From positions 30,256,001 through 30,320,000 of the forward strand of contig OZ241833.1 of assembly GCA_965202585.1 (NCBI GenBank): 64,000 nt of DNA, given 5' to 3'. The notes beneath the pieces are model-generated. The model saw only the letters and a list, made by a program, of their open reading frames with translations, was not told where the DNA came from and did not search any database. The DNA is from Thalia democratica. Taxonomy: Eukaryota. Below, in pieces: positions 62,823-64,000 of the stretch (position 1 is its first letter; the number at the start of each line of letters is the position of its first letter). The position numbers and the translations under genes were made by a program.

Positions 62823-62933
62823 ACTCAGAAGTGCCTGAAGCTGCAGAAGGAGAACGACGAGTTGTCCCAGCAGAACAAGACTGCCAGGGAATTCATCAAG
62901 CAGCTTCTCATTGAAAATGCCAAGAAAGAAAAG
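62823..62933 (+). CDS. TLK: TLK-like coiled-coil exon
   Basis: TQKCLKLQKENDELSQQNKTAREFIKQLLIENAKKEK resembles SKKLLIEKSKQEK; the kinase domain would lie beyond the window. Confidence 0.7.
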
Positions 62934-63714
62934 GTTGGAAATAGTTGTTTGTTGAAAATATATTTACATGTTGATTAATTAAATAGAAAATGGTTAGTAT
63001 TTAAACCGCTGTCTCAGTATTTTACAAAACACTAACATTGAAAAATCTTTCGTTTATTAAATGAAAATAATCAGTTCTTGTTCAAATAGAATCACGTTGA
63101 TTAATTAGGGCATTTTTATGTAAACGATTTTTGTTAGTGTTTTATTATAATGCAATAAAAAGTATGCGTGATTTAAAATACGTTTTTAGACACAGAATAG
63201 AAAACAGTATAAAGTATATAAAGAAACAGTATCAACAAAATAAAAATAGTTTGGAACATGAATGGAAAATTTTCAAATCATGTTGCCTTTACAAGCTTTT
63301 ATACATGAACTCCTTTTATTTAAAGCTTTCATAAATAATTAGTTGCATCATTTTTTAAAAACAGCTTTAAAATTCGAAAATTTCTTTGTTTTTTCACGCT
63401 TTCTGCCAATGGATTTTCTCAGATTTAAAAATCTGAAAAAATAAGTGCGTTCATTAGCACAGGGTTTAAAATACAAGTTGAAATAACAAAGGAAAATTTC
63501 ATTTTGTATTTACTAATTTTACAAAATTACATATGATAAGAATAACTAATTGTTTATATTAATGTAGAACAAAATTTATAAGGATTAGCTACAATTATTT
63601 TATTTAAACCCATCATCTGTCAGTGGATGTACTCCTACAAATTAAAACAAAATACAAATACTAATAAAAATAAATTCCAAAATCAAAAACCAACATCAAA
63701 TAAGTATAAAAAAC

Positions 63715-63935
63715 ATAAATACCACAGCAAGGTATTAGGTAGGACAGTATTTATAATGTTATTAAGTAATTATAAGTTACAAGGACAAAAGAATAATTAA
63801 TTTTGTAACCGTAACAGCAAGATATTAGGACAGTGTTTATGATGTTATTAAGTAAATATAAATTATAGTTGTAAACACAAAAGTATAATTAATTGTGTCA
63901 CCATTACAGCAAGATATAAGGAAGGACAGTTTGCA
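63715..63935. repeat. About 3 diverged tandem units of 90-95 bp
   Basis: acagcaag..att...aggacagt restarts near 63724, 63814 and 63906. Confidence 0.75.
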
Positions 63936-64000
63936 TTCAATAAAAATGCAAATTCATATACTACTTTAAAATAACATCAATTTAAAAGGTTAAGTTTCAA

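Overview
Very AT-rich eukaryotic (invertebrate-animal-like) genomic DNA; the species cannot be identified from sequence alone. Two split protein genes are recognisable by hand: a minus-strand mitochondrial-type glycerol-3-phosphate acyltransferase (GPAT1/GPAM-like; exons from about 33 kb down to 1 kb, with the HxxxxD, GFFIRR and EGTR motifs) and the 5' half of a plus-strand tousled-like kinase-like gene (56.9-62.9 kb). The GPAT introns hold 13 tRNA genes or pseudogenes that share a precisely positioned upstream TATA box plus a bZIP/CRE-like motif. They also hold a 2.7-kb Penelope palindrome with a minimal hammerhead ribozyme, a recent 2241-bp tandem duplication ending in a sequence-corrected hairpin, and many MITEs. 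The most striking object is a 2272-bp non-autonomous gypsy-type LTR element with 104-bp LTRs and a 5-bp TSD. It sits 15-19 nt upstream of a tRNA-Met gene, between the tRNA and its TATA box (Ty3-like position). Its primer-binding site is complementary to its own LTR rather than to a tRNA (Tf1-like self-priming). The 35-56 kb interval is mostly decayed DNA transposons, including a 3.9-kb MULE with 600-bp TIRs and a 9-bp TSD. All alignments and counts were done by eye.
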